Assembly (NCBI GenBank): GCA_963669175.1
Contig: OY769902.1
Coordinates: forward strand, 3,648,001-3,712,000
Direction of reading: 5' to 3'
DNA: 64,000 bases
From: a bacterium
GTDB lineage: Bacteria > Electryoneota > Electryoneia > Electryoneales > Electryoneaceae
Positions 40,527 through 49,508 of the stretch are shown here, piece after piece; the first letter of the stretch is position 1; every line of letters begins with the position of its first letter. The notes beneath the pieces were generated by a model. The model was not told the origin of the DNA, did not search any database, and was given only the letters and a program-made list of their open reading frames with translations. A program made the position numbers and the translations under genes.

Positions 40527-41869
40527 AAATCATCATCGTAGGCGCCGGTGAAGTCGGCAGTCACCTTGCCGGGCTGTTGAGCCGTGAACATCAGGACATC
40601 GTTGTCATTGATCGTGATCCGGCAAAGGTAGCCCGTATTGCGGAGAAGTTGGACGTCCTTACCCTGGAGGGAAATGGGACCAGCCCAACTCTGCTCAAGG
40701 AAGCCGGTATTCAAAGCGCTGACATGATGATCGCCGTGACAGCAGTGGATGAGGTCAACATTCTGGCCTGTACCATCGCCCGTAATTTTGGTGTTCCGAC
40801 AAAAATTGCACGTGTACGTAATAGTGAATTCTCCGGCGAGGCCGGGTTCTTGAATCCCAAGGATCTGGGCATTGATCAGATCATTCACCCGGAACTGGAG
40901 TGTACACGCGAAATTGTACGCCTCATCCGTTATCCCCAGGTTCTCGAACTGTTCACATTCTGTGAAGGCCAGATCGCCATTGCCGGCTTAAAAGTAACGC
41001 CAGAATCACCGTTTATCGGTTACAGCATGATTGACTTGGCGAAACAGATATCTGATTACCGTTTCCGTCTTGTTACTATCACCCGCAACGGTCACACCCT
41101 GATTCCTCGCGGTATGGACCAGTTGGAAGCGAACGACATCGTTTACATTGCTGTTGAAGGGGATCATCTCAACGATATTTTCGGGGTTACCGGCCATCGT
41201 GAATCCGAAACCCGGAATGTCATGGTTGCCGGCGCTGGCCTGATCAGCCGCATGGTTGCCGAAGAACTGGCGACAGATAAAAAGCTCCATGTCAAGCTGA
41301 TCGAGTCAAACCGTCAGCGTGCAGAAGATGTAGCCGGGATGTTGTCATCAGCGATGGTGGTACATGGTGAAGCATCGGACATTGACTTGATCACACAGGA
41401 AGGCATCATTGATCAGGATGTGTTCCTTGCACTTACGATTGATGATGAGAGCAATATCGTAACCTCACTGCTGGCGCGTCATCTTGAAGTTCCAAAAATC
41501 ATTACACTTGTCAGCAAAGCGGACTATATCCCAATTGTAAAAACTATCGGACTCGATATCGCCATCAACATGAACATCCTGACATCCAACGCCATTTTCA
41601 AGTACATCCATCATGGCGGGATTGTCAGCCTGCGTCACCTGGTCGGCATTGATGCTGAGACTATTGAGTTCAAGATTGGCGCAAAATCACGTGTTGTCGG
41701 AAAGCAGATCAGCGATATCAAGTTCCCGCATGGGTGTATCGTTGTAGCCGTGGAACATGAAGACGGCGCAGAAATACCTGTTGGCACGACCAAGATGTTC
41801 GTGGGAGACCGCATTGTAGTTTTCTGTTTGCCGCAGGCCATAAAATCGGTGATTAAGCTTTTTGAGTAG
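40523..41869 (+). CDS. trkA: Trk system potassium uptake protein TrkA
   Basis: MKIIIVGAGEVG and two RCK N/C domain pairs. Confidence 0.93.
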   Translation: MKIIIVGAGEVGSHLAGLLSREHQDIVVIDRDPAKVARIAEKLDVLTLEGNGTSPTLLKEAGIQSADMMIAVTAVDEVNILACTIARNFGVPTKIARVRNSEFSGEAGFLNPKDLGIDQIIHPELECTREIVRLIRYPQVLELFTFCEGQIAIAGLKVTPESPFIGYSMIDLAKQISDYRFRLVTITRNGHTLIPRGMDQLEANDIVYIAVEGDHLNDIFGVTGHRESETRNVMVAGAGLISRMVAEELATDKKLHVKLIESNRQRAEDVAGMLSSAMVVHGEASDIDLITQEGIIDQDVFLALTIDDESNIVTSLLARHLEVPKIITLVSKADYIPIVKTIGLDIAINMNILTSNAIFKYIHHGGIVSLRHLVGIDAETIEFKIGAKSRVVGKQISDIKFPHGCIVVAVEHEDGAEIPVGTTKMFVGDRIVVFCLPQAIKSVIKLFE

Positions 41870-43325
41870 ACGATCCCGCACCCCCATCAACCCGCGCGCG
41901 ATTTCACGTGTGCTGGGCGCTATCCTCCTCATGCTGGGCGGCAGCATGGGGCTGTCCCTGATTGTAGCATTCATTTATGGTGATGGCGATGCGTTGGGTA
42001 TCGGTCTGGCCATGGCTGCTACCATCGGACTGGGACTGCTGATGATGATGGTCATCGGCAAGGGATCGGACCTGACGGCTCGTGACGGCTTCGCGGTGGT
42101 TACCTTTGGCTGGTTCCTGATGAGCCTTACCGGGGCGTTGCCCTTCCTCTTTACCGGGGCTATTCCCAACCTGACCAACGCACTGTTTGAATCTGCTTCC
42201 GGTTTCACTACAACCGGGGCATCGATTCTGAACGATATAGAAGCGCTTCCCCATGGTATTCTGTTCTGGCGCAGCTTTACCCATTGGGTCGGCGGCATGG
42301 GAATCATCGTATTCTCCATCGCCATTCTCCCCTTCCTCGGTGTCGGCGGAATGCAGATGTTCAAAGCAGAATCCCCCGGCCCGACTGCGGATAAGCTTAC
42401 ACCTCGCATCCGTGGCACAGCAGAGATCCTGTGGGGAGTCTATGTGATAATAACCGCCGCGGAGACAGCTCTACTGCGACTTGGCGGCATGCCCTGGTTT
42501 GATTCCGCCTGTCACGCTTTCGGCACCATGGCTACTGGTGGTTTCTCTACCAAGCAGGCTTCAATCGGCTATTACACATCGCCTTACATTCAATACGTCA
42601 TTACCATTTTCATGCTAATCGCCGGTATCAATTTCGCGCTGCACTTTCATGGTCTGCGTGGACGTCCGAAAAAGTACCTCGAAAGCCCGGAATTCCGGTT
42701 CTATATGGTTCTGATTTTCGGAGCAATCCTGCTGATGACGGTTGTTCAGTTTTTTGGCGGCGATTCGTTGGAACAGTCCTTCCGTGACTCAGCCTTTACT
42801 GCGGTCTCGATTTCAACCACAACCGGATATGCAACGGCAGATTTTGAGTTCTGGCATCCTTTATCACGTGTTATTCTTGTTGCGCTGATGTTCGTCGGCG
42901 GCATGTCCGGGTCAACCGGTGGTGGCATGAAGGCAATCCGTGTCCAGATCCTGTTGAAGCAGGCCGCAGTCGAGTTAAAAAAATTGGTTCATCCGCGCAC
43001 CATTTATCCTATACGGCTTGGCAAGAAAACCGTACAGGCGGATATTGTACAGAATGTCCTCGCTTTCTTCCTGCTCTATTCCCTGCTGGCAACATTCGGC
43101 ACTCTTTTCATGTCCATCCTGGGACTGGACCATATCACTGCTTTTACCAGTGTGATAGCGTGTTTGAGTAACATCGGTCCCGGTCTGGGTGAAGTCGGTC
43201 CTGCGGACAATTACTTCGCTATTCCCGCTATTGGTAAATGGATGCTCACCTTCCTGATGATTGTAGGCCGTCTTGAGATTTATACCGTGCTTGTCCTGCT
43301 GACCACAACCTATTGGCGGAATTGA
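41862..43325 (+). CDS. trkH: Trk system potassium uptake protein TrkH
   Basis: FESASGFTTTGAS, GGMGII, ATGGFS, TTTGY, SNIGPGLG, GRLEI. Confidence 0.93.
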   Translation: MSRRSRTPINPRAISRVLGAILLMLGGSMGLSLIVAFIYGDGDALGIGLAMAATIGLGLLMMMVIGKGSDLTARDGFAVVTFGWFLMSLTGALPFLFTGAIPNLTNALFESASGFTTTGASILNDIEALPHGILFWRSFTHWVGGMGIIVFSIAILPFLGVGGMQMFKAESPGPTADKLTPRIRGTAEILWGVYVIITAAETALLRLGGMPWFDSACHAFGTMATGGFSTKQASIGYYTSPYIQYVITIFMLIAGINFALHFHGLRGRPKKYLESPEFRFYMVLIFGAILLMTVVQFFGGDSLEQSFRDSAFTAVSISTTTGYATADFEFWHPLSRVILVALMFVGGMSGSTGGGMKAIRVQILLKQAAVELKKLVHPRTIYPIRLGKKTVQADIVQNVLAFFLLYSLLATFGTLFMSILGLDHITAFTSVIACLSNIGPGLGEVGPADNYFAIPAIGKWMLTFLMIVGRLEIYTVLVLLTTTYWRN

Positions 43326-43565
43326 TAACTGTTTTTTATCGTTACATTCTTTTCCCCTGCAACAGAGAACAAATTCGAATCCTGTTCCCCAGATAATTCT
43401 GTAATAAAACGCCTGTTGACCTTGAGTTTCGTGCTCATTGCTGGTATTTTTTTATCAGTCGTACAGTTGTTGCCATTCTTTCTTTCTCTGTGAACATGTA
43501 TTGTCGGATGTTGAAAAGCACTATGGTGTATCAGGTTCTGCGACATTGATTCGGGGGGCACGCAC

Positions 43566-45305
43566 ATGAACAGGTTATTTGCTTTGGTTTCTCTTCTGTT
43601 TTTATTCCTGCTGGTTATCCCTTCCCTTTCCTTTTCCCAGGTATTCCTGAACGAGAATTTTGAACGGGATCAAAACTCCTGGCCCTGGATGACCACTGAG
43701 ACAAGCGGCTGGGAATGTGAGCCCTGGCCTGCCTTTCATCCTGACTACACGTGGGGTGTAGAAAGAGAAGCAATCTATCGTTATATAGGCAATGACTATG
43801 TCCAATCGCTTTGGTGTTGCGGTCTGCCTAATAATCTGATTGCTGGCTCAGATGATTATATGCCCGGGCAGGAATCATGGGCAATATGGGGACCGTTCAG
43901 CACAACACAAGAGCTGATTTCCATTGTGGGGCGGTTTTATTTGTGGGCTGATAGTGAACCCTGGAACGATGGCGAAGGCGACAATTTCTACATGCTCGCT
44001 GCCGAAGATCCTGAATTTACCAATATGGAAGACTGGAACATTGCATTCGATTTGAGCAGTGCCGAAGATTTAGAACCGGGATCATTTAATTGTATCAGTT
44101 TTGATCTTAACCAGACGTGGGATTGGAACGGCAACTCCGTCAATATGATTACGATAGGTGAAGCGACGGACGACCTGTATATAGCATTTGTATTCATATC
44201 TGATGACGATGACAATACCGGTTCTGGCGTCTTCATTGATGATATCTTTATGCACGGGTATCCGGCAGATGTTTTTGATTTCGCGAAACATCAGATTAGC
44301 TTCTGCTTGTATGATGATGGTGAGTATAGAACTACCGATTTACTTTGCATGTCTGACAACTTGTATACATTGAATAACTTTTCTGTTTTTGGTATCACGG
44401 AAATAGAAGTGCAGCATGTTCTGTATGTCAATGAAGATGTGTTGAATCCTGCTTCTGAGTATGTTCCTGTTGATACCATGACTGGGAGATGGTCCGGAAG
44501 CTCAGTTGATTATACCTTTTTTACCCCTCGTTATGAAACTCCCCTGGTTTTTTCCGACACGGGCCTGGTTGGCATTAAAGTTGTTTTGGACGTGGAAAAC
44601 ATTATCGAAGAGACTGACGAGGAAAACAATGTACTGATTGATACTGTAAGAATCCTGATGCCCCAGACACAGCCGGAAATGGAATGGTTGGAGCTTGGCG
44701 GTGCTTATGAGACTGATTCATTGGTCTTTGTTGACCCATCTTCCCCCACCCTCAGTGTACGTTACCATGCAACAAATCATCCTGTTGAAGAATTAGCCAG
44801 TTTTGAATTCTTCATCGGGAGCGACATGGACTCTGTAATACAGAGCATTCCACAAAGCAGAGTCACAATCGACAATGAAGAGCACCTTGCAGAAATCGAC
44901 ATGGCCACCTATCCTCTTGATACGCCTGTCTATTTCGGAGCCTATCTGGTTGATAGGGTAACCGACCCAGTCTATTCTTATGCCCCGAAACGTATTGTAA
45001 GCACAAATTCAGTTGGTGACGATACTGAGAAGGGCGCGATCCCAGGTGAGTTTCAGATTGTATCAGCCTATCCCAACCCCTTCAATCCGACTGTAGAATT
45101 GACCTTCACCATGCCCCAGGCAGGCGAGATTGAACTTCGCTGGTATTCGCTTGAAGGCAGGCTCGTATCACGTCAAATCAGAACCGTATCCGCCGGGTAT
45201 CCAGTCCTGAGCTGGACTCCGGATGGTCTCGCCAGCGGTGTTTACCTGTTGCAGGCGCATACTCCCTTTGGAGTGGCCAATGCCCGTGTTATCTATCTGA
45301 AATAA
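43566..45305 (+). CDS. Secreted acidic protein with a T9SS type A sorting domain (paralog 2 of 3)
   Basis: Signal peptide, NENFERD..WPW, EETDEENN, AYPNPFNP...LASGVYL...YLK; the TAA stop abuts the element's left end. Confidence 0.85.
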   Translation: MNRLFALVSLLFLFLLVIPSLSFSQVFLNENFERDQNSWPWMTTETSGWECEPWPAFHPDYTWGVEREAIYRYIGNDYVQSLWCCGLPNNLIAGSDDYMPGQESWAIWGPFSTTQELISIVGRFYLWADSEPWNDGEGDNFYMLAAEDPEFTNMEDWNIAFDLSSAEDLEPGSFNCISFDLNQTWDWNGNSVNMITIGEATDDLYIAFVFISDDDDNTGSGVFIDDIFMHGYPADVFDFAKHQISFCLYDDGEYRTTDLLCMSDNLYTLNNFSVFGITEIEVQHVLYVNEDVLNPASEYVPVDTMTGRWSGSSVDYTFFTPRYETPLVFSDTGLVGIKVVLDVENIIEETDEENNVLIDTVRILMPQTQPEMEWLELGGAYETDSLVFVDPSSPTLSVRYHATNHPVEELASFEFFIGSDMDSVIQSIPQSRVTIDNEEHLAEIDMATYPLDTPVYFGAYLVDRVTDPVYSYAPKRIVSTNSVGDDTEKGAIPGEFQIVSAYPNPFNPTVELTFTMPQAGEIELRWYSLEGRLVSRQIRTVSAGYPVLSWTPDGLASGVYLLQAHTPFGVANARVIYLK

Positions 45306-45404
45306 GGAAATACTTCCGGTAGGTTTGGCGATTTGCTTCTTGTTTGCGACCTTTGTATTCGGGTTGGCAATCGGAAGCGATCGCGTAACATGCTGGAGGA
45401 CAAG

Positions 45405-46238
45405 ATGTTACATACTTCAACGAGCCTGTATGACCGGTGTATGGAGAAGACGCCGGAGCAGGTGTTTGTGAACTCGCTTCGTCGCGAGTTTGAGCTTTCA
45501 CCGGCTGCGAGTACGGGGATATTGGAGCTTGCCAAGCGTTGTTTGTTCGGTACGATGCCGTCAACGCTTGGCAAGCTTCGTTTTTTATGTGCGTCCAAGA
45601 AAGCTCGTCACGGTCGTCCCTTACGCGAACAAGACCTGATTCGTGTCGAACTGACACTGGATGACGGTGTTGAGGACTTGGATGTTCTGCGCGAACTGGG
45701 CGCTTCATCGCTTCGTCAGCAACGGATTCTTCGGCTAACCGAAGAGACGTACCAGCAGGGTGGGTTGCTGACACAGGAGGATCTGAGTCGTCTGCTGCAC
45801 GTTTCAGATCGGACCATCCGCAAGGATATTGCGTTGCTGCTTGCTGACGGGAATACGGTGCATACGCGTGGCTACGACCATGACATTGGGCGTGGGTTAT
45901 CGCACAAGGCACGGATCGTTGATTTGTACCTGGGTGGCCGGACCTATGATGAGATCATCCGTCTGACACGTCACAGCGCGTTTGCGATCAAGCGCTATGT
46001 GAGTACGTTTGGACGCTTGTTGCTTCTGCTTAGCCATGACATTACCGAGCTGACCGACCTGAGCCGTCTGCTTCAACAGAGCGAACGGTTGACGGGTGAG
46101 TACCTGGATCTGTTTGCAAAATACAAACAGGGTGATCACTGGCCGACAAGCTATGTCGAACTTCTGGAGCAGTTGCAAGCACAGTATCCCTCAAAAAAAA
46201 GAGCGGGACAAGGTGGCGGAGGCGTCCATGAAAACTGA
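45405..46238 (+). CDS. DUF1670-like HTH protein, OrfA of the element
   Basis: QQGGLLTQEDLSRLLHVSDRTIRKDI (HTH) and TRG..HDIG.G.SHK..I..LY motif, recognised from memory as DUF1670; GGAGG RBS before ATG 45405. Confidence 0.75.
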   Translation: MLHTSTSLYDRCMEKTPEQVFVNSLRREFELSPAASTGILELAKRCLFGTMPSTLGKLRFLCASKKARHGRPLREQDLIRVELTLDDGVEDLDVLRELGASSLRQQRILRLTEETYQQGGLLTQEDLSRLLHVSDRTIRKDIALLLADGNTVHTRGYDHDIGRGLSHKARIVDLYLGGRTYDEIIRLTRHSAFAIKRYVSTFGRLLLLLSHDITELTDLSRLLQQSERLTGEYLDLFAKYKQGDHWPTSYVELLEQLQAQYPSKKRAGQGGGGVHEN

Positions 46239-47058
46239 GGTACGGAACCGTTATGAATCCCTGCCGAAGCGGAACTTTCGCACTGCGATCATCCGGTTGT
46301 TGGAAGAGCAGTACAAGATTCTTGGCAGCCACAAGGTCTTGGCCATGGTGGCGGATGACATCATGCAACTGCACCGTGAGTTCTATCCGGATATCGAGCA
46401 ACGCAGCGGTGGCAGTATTGTGTGGCGTACGACAGGTGCACAGTGCCACAAGCCCAGCTATGGGACACGGGTAGAAGACTATGAGGTGAAGACCGTCATT
46501 CTTCCGCTTGTCACTGAAGAAGATGTGGTTGATCGTATTCGTCGCCACTATGGAAAAGACGGTGCGGGCAAACAGCGCGACAGGGATATTGCAGTGCTGG
46601 CGCGGTTGGTGAAAAGCGCGTACGAACAAGGCGGGTTATTAAGCGGCGCGGAATTGAGTGTGTTGTTGAACCGGTCGCTGACGACCATTGGCAAGTACAT
46701 CCAACAGTATCATGAAACGCATGATGACATCCTGCCGACGAAAGGAATCATGTTGGACCAGGGAAGCCGTCCCACACACAAGGCCGCAATCATTGACCTG
46801 TACGAACAGGGCTATCCGGAACCGGATATCGCTCGCTTGACCACGCATACCCTTGAAGCGGTGGGTCGTTACTTGCGATCTTACAAAAACATCAAGTTCC
46901 TGATGGTCAAAGAACTTAATCTGATGGAAATTGTGCGTACTACCGGACTCGGACGTAGTACAGTGGTCCAATATCAGAAACTGGTGATGCAGTATCATCC
47001 TGACCTTAAACCTAAAGATAAACAAAAAGATACAACGAAAAAGGACAAGAAAAAGTAA
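46228..47058 (+). CDS. DUF1670-like HTH protein, OrfB of the element
   Basis: EQGGLLSGAELSVLLNRSLTTIGKYI and TKG...DQG...THK..I..LY, a paralog of OrfA; GGAGG RBS before ATG 46228. Confidence 0.75.
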   Translation: MKTEVRNRYESLPKRNFRTAIIRLLEEQYKILGSHKVLAMVADDIMQLHREFYPDIEQRSGGSIVWRTTGAQCHKPSYGTRVEDYEVKTVILPLVTEEDVVDRIRRHYGKDGAGKQRDRDIAVLARLVKSAYEQGGLLSGAELSVLLNRSLTTIGKYIQQYHETHDDILPTKGIMLDQGSRPTHKAAIIDLYEQGYPEPDIARLTTHTLEAVGRYLRSYKNIKFLMVKELNLMEIVRTTGLGRSTVVQYQKLVMQYHPDLKPKDKQKDTTKKDKKK

Positions 47059-47334
47059 CCACTATCAACTGAAAACCTACCGGAAATATTTCCTAATAGT
47101 AAATAGACAAGATTTAGAAAGAAGCGTCACTGGGTTATTTCCAAATCACATTTTTTCAGAATATTGCAGGAGAATCATTGTTTGAATCTTGCTTTTTAAA
47201 CTCTCATACAGATATATTTTATCTGTTGGGAGAGGCCACCTTTCAGCACACCGTCGCGCTCTGTTCGGATTTCATAATCCGCAGTAACAGGCGCGTTTTT
47301 CTTTGTACCCAACCATCGACGCGGAGAACTGATC

Positions 47335-49089
47335 ATGAATACGATGCGTGGTACCGTTGTGCTTTCTTTCCTGCTGGTAGCTATTCTTCTGCTACCTATC
47401 TCCACCCAGGCGCAGATGATCCTGAACGAGAATTTTGAGCAGGATTCGGATACCTGGCCATGGACAACTGGTATGACTTCAGGTTGGCAGTGTGCTCCCT
47501 GGCCTGCAACCCACCCGAACAACTATACATGGGGTGTTGAGGACAGTTGTGTATACCATCGCGTCCATGACGGCTGGTATCGATCCATGTTCTGCAATGG
47601 CCTGCCAGACAACCTGAGTCCAGGTATTGACGATTATATGCCCGGTCAGGAATCCTGGGCAGTATGGGGGCCATTCGATGCGACACTGGAAATGGTGACC
47701 GTTATCGGCAACTTCTACGCCTGGTCCGATGTTGAACCGTGGGATGATGGAGAAGGTGACAACTTCTACATGCTGGCAGCGGTTGATCCCCAGGATCTGG
47801 TTATGGAAAACTGGGATATCGCTTTCGATATGGGCAATGATGAAAGCTTCCTTCAAAGCCATTGGACCTCTGTAGGCTTTAACCTGAACCAGATGTGGGA
47901 TTGGGATGGTAATCCTGTCAGCCTGATTCCCGAAGGTCAGGCAGTGGAAGATATCTATATTGCATTCGTTTTCATTTCCGATGATGATGACAATACCGGG
48001 CTGGGTGTTTTCGTTGATGATATCTATGTTTCCGGGTATGACGGCTCGTATGATTTTGAAATTGATGAACCTGACTTCATGGTTTATGAAGATGGCGAGC
48101 TGGAAACATGTTCGGGGTTCACGACGGAAGATGAAGTATATGTCGCAAACAACTTCACCTCATTTGGTCTACCCCTCGAGTATGCGACCAGCCATGTTCT
48201 ATACCTCAATGAAGATGTGATGAATCCTGAATCAGAATATGTGCCAATCGATACCATGACTGCTATCTGGCCAGCCAACCCACTGCTGGGGACCATTATT
48301 GATTCTCTGTTCCAATTGCCTTTGACATTTTCCGATACAGGCTGGGTAGGTGTGAAAATAGTTCTTGACGCTCCTGACGATGTCGTGGAAATCGACGAAG
48401 AGAACAATACCTACATTGACACTTTTTATGTAACCTTCCCGCAGACTCGTCCGGAAATGATTTGGCATGACCTGAACGGAAGCGATGAAACAGATACCGA
48501 AGTAACGGTTGATCTTTCTGAACGTACGACTCTGATCATTGATTACACAGCGATGAATTACCCCATTCAGGACAACGCGACCATTTCATTTGGTATCGGC
48601 GAGGAACTTGATTCTACCGGCAGCTTCATCGGCAGCCTGACCAACCTGACGATTGACAATGAGCAGCATCAGGTTGAATGGGATGTGTCGGACATGCCGC
48701 AGAATCGTGAATTCTACCTGTTTGCTTACCTGACTGACAATGCGACCGCGCCTGTCTACAGTTATGCTTCCCAACAGGTAATCATTATAACCCCGGTCAA
48801 GGATGTATCGTCCGATGCGGGTATTCCTGAGAAGTTCGCAATTGCTTCCGCATACCCGAATCCATTCAATCCGACCGTGGAAGTGCAATTTGCCATGCCA
48901 CAGGCCGGTCAGATTGAAATGCGCTGGTACTCACTGGAAGGACGCCTGGTCGATCACCAGGTAAGAACAGTTTCAGCGGGGTATCCGGTGCTTGGCTGGA
49001 CACCACATAGTCTCGCCAGCGGTGTATACCTGCTACAGGCTGAGACACCGTCCGGGATCGCAAATACAAGGGTGTTTTATCTGAAATAG
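47335..49089 (+). CDS. Secreted acidic protein with a T9SS type A sorting domain (paralog 3 of 3)
   Basis: Colinear with 43566-45305 (DDYMPGQESWA.WGPF, EPW.DGEGDNFYMLAA, AFVFISDDDDNTG.GVF); AYPNPFNP tail. Confidence 0.88.
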   Translation: MNTMRGTVVLSFLLVAILLLPISTQAQMILNENFEQDSDTWPWTTGMTSGWQCAPWPATHPNNYTWGVEDSCVYHRVHDGWYRSMFCNGLPDNLSPGIDDYMPGQESWAVWGPFDATLEMVTVIGNFYAWSDVEPWDDGEGDNFYMLAAVDPQDLVMENWDIAFDMGNDESFLQSHWTSVGFNLNQMWDWDGNPVSLIPEGQAVEDIYIAFVFISDDDDNTGLGVFVDDIYVSGYDGSYDFEIDEPDFMVYEDGELETCSGFTTEDEVYVANNFTSFGLPLEYATSHVLYLNEDVMNPESEYVPIDTMTAIWPANPLLGTIIDSLFQLPLTFSDTGWVGVKIVLDAPDDVVEIDEENNTYIDTFYVTFPQTRPEMIWHDLNGSDETDTEVTVDLSERTTLIIDYTAMNYPIQDNATISFGIGEELDSTGSFIGSLTNLTIDNEQHQVEWDVSDMPQNREFYLFAYLTDNATAPVYSYASQQVIIITPVKDVSSDAGIPEKFAIASAYPNPFNPTVEVQFAMPQAGQIEMRWYSLEGRLVDHQVRTVSAGYPVLGWTPHSLASGVYLLQAETPSGIANTRVFYLK

Positions 49090-49508
49090 TTGCCCTGGTT
49101 CAGGCCGCTATTTGTAGAAGTTGCGCGGTTTTTAACTGACTTTTACCATGCGGGTGATCGCATCTTAGCGGTTACCCGCTTTTTTCGCCTTTCCCGACTT
49201 GCTCATCCCCTTCATCTCAGGCCGACGATTTTCCAGTGTCGTCAACATCTCCATAAGGTCCATACTCAACTTCGGCAAATCGGGCCACGCACGCGGTTGA
49301 TTGCGTCATGCAGATATCCGGCCAATCGGACCATACAGTCTGTTTTCCTTTTTCACTTTTTTCACTGTCCACTTTTTTCACTTCTACACATATCATAGAA
49401 CAGCCTCCATTTTGGCTCCTGCAAGAATCTTGTATTCCAGAAAAATTCTCGACAGTTTATGTGATTATTCTGTTTGACCGCTTGAATTGATTGTGGCAAG
49501 GGCTTTCC

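Larger units (their letters stand above)
45306..47093. mobile_element. 1,788 bp IS-like element with 21 bp TIRs and a TAA direct repeat, encoding two DUF1670-like proteins
   Basis: Left end GGAAATACTTCCGGTAGGTTT (45306-45326); right end AAACCTACCGGAAATATTTCC (47073-47093), 20/21 match; TAA at 45303-45305 and 47094-47096. Confidence 0.85.

Noticed and set aside
43566-49089. Diversity-generating retroelement (TR/VR pair) between the T9SS paralogs
   Set aside because: Similarity spans whole genes, differences are not confined to adenines, and no reverse transcriptase is present; this is ordinary duplication.
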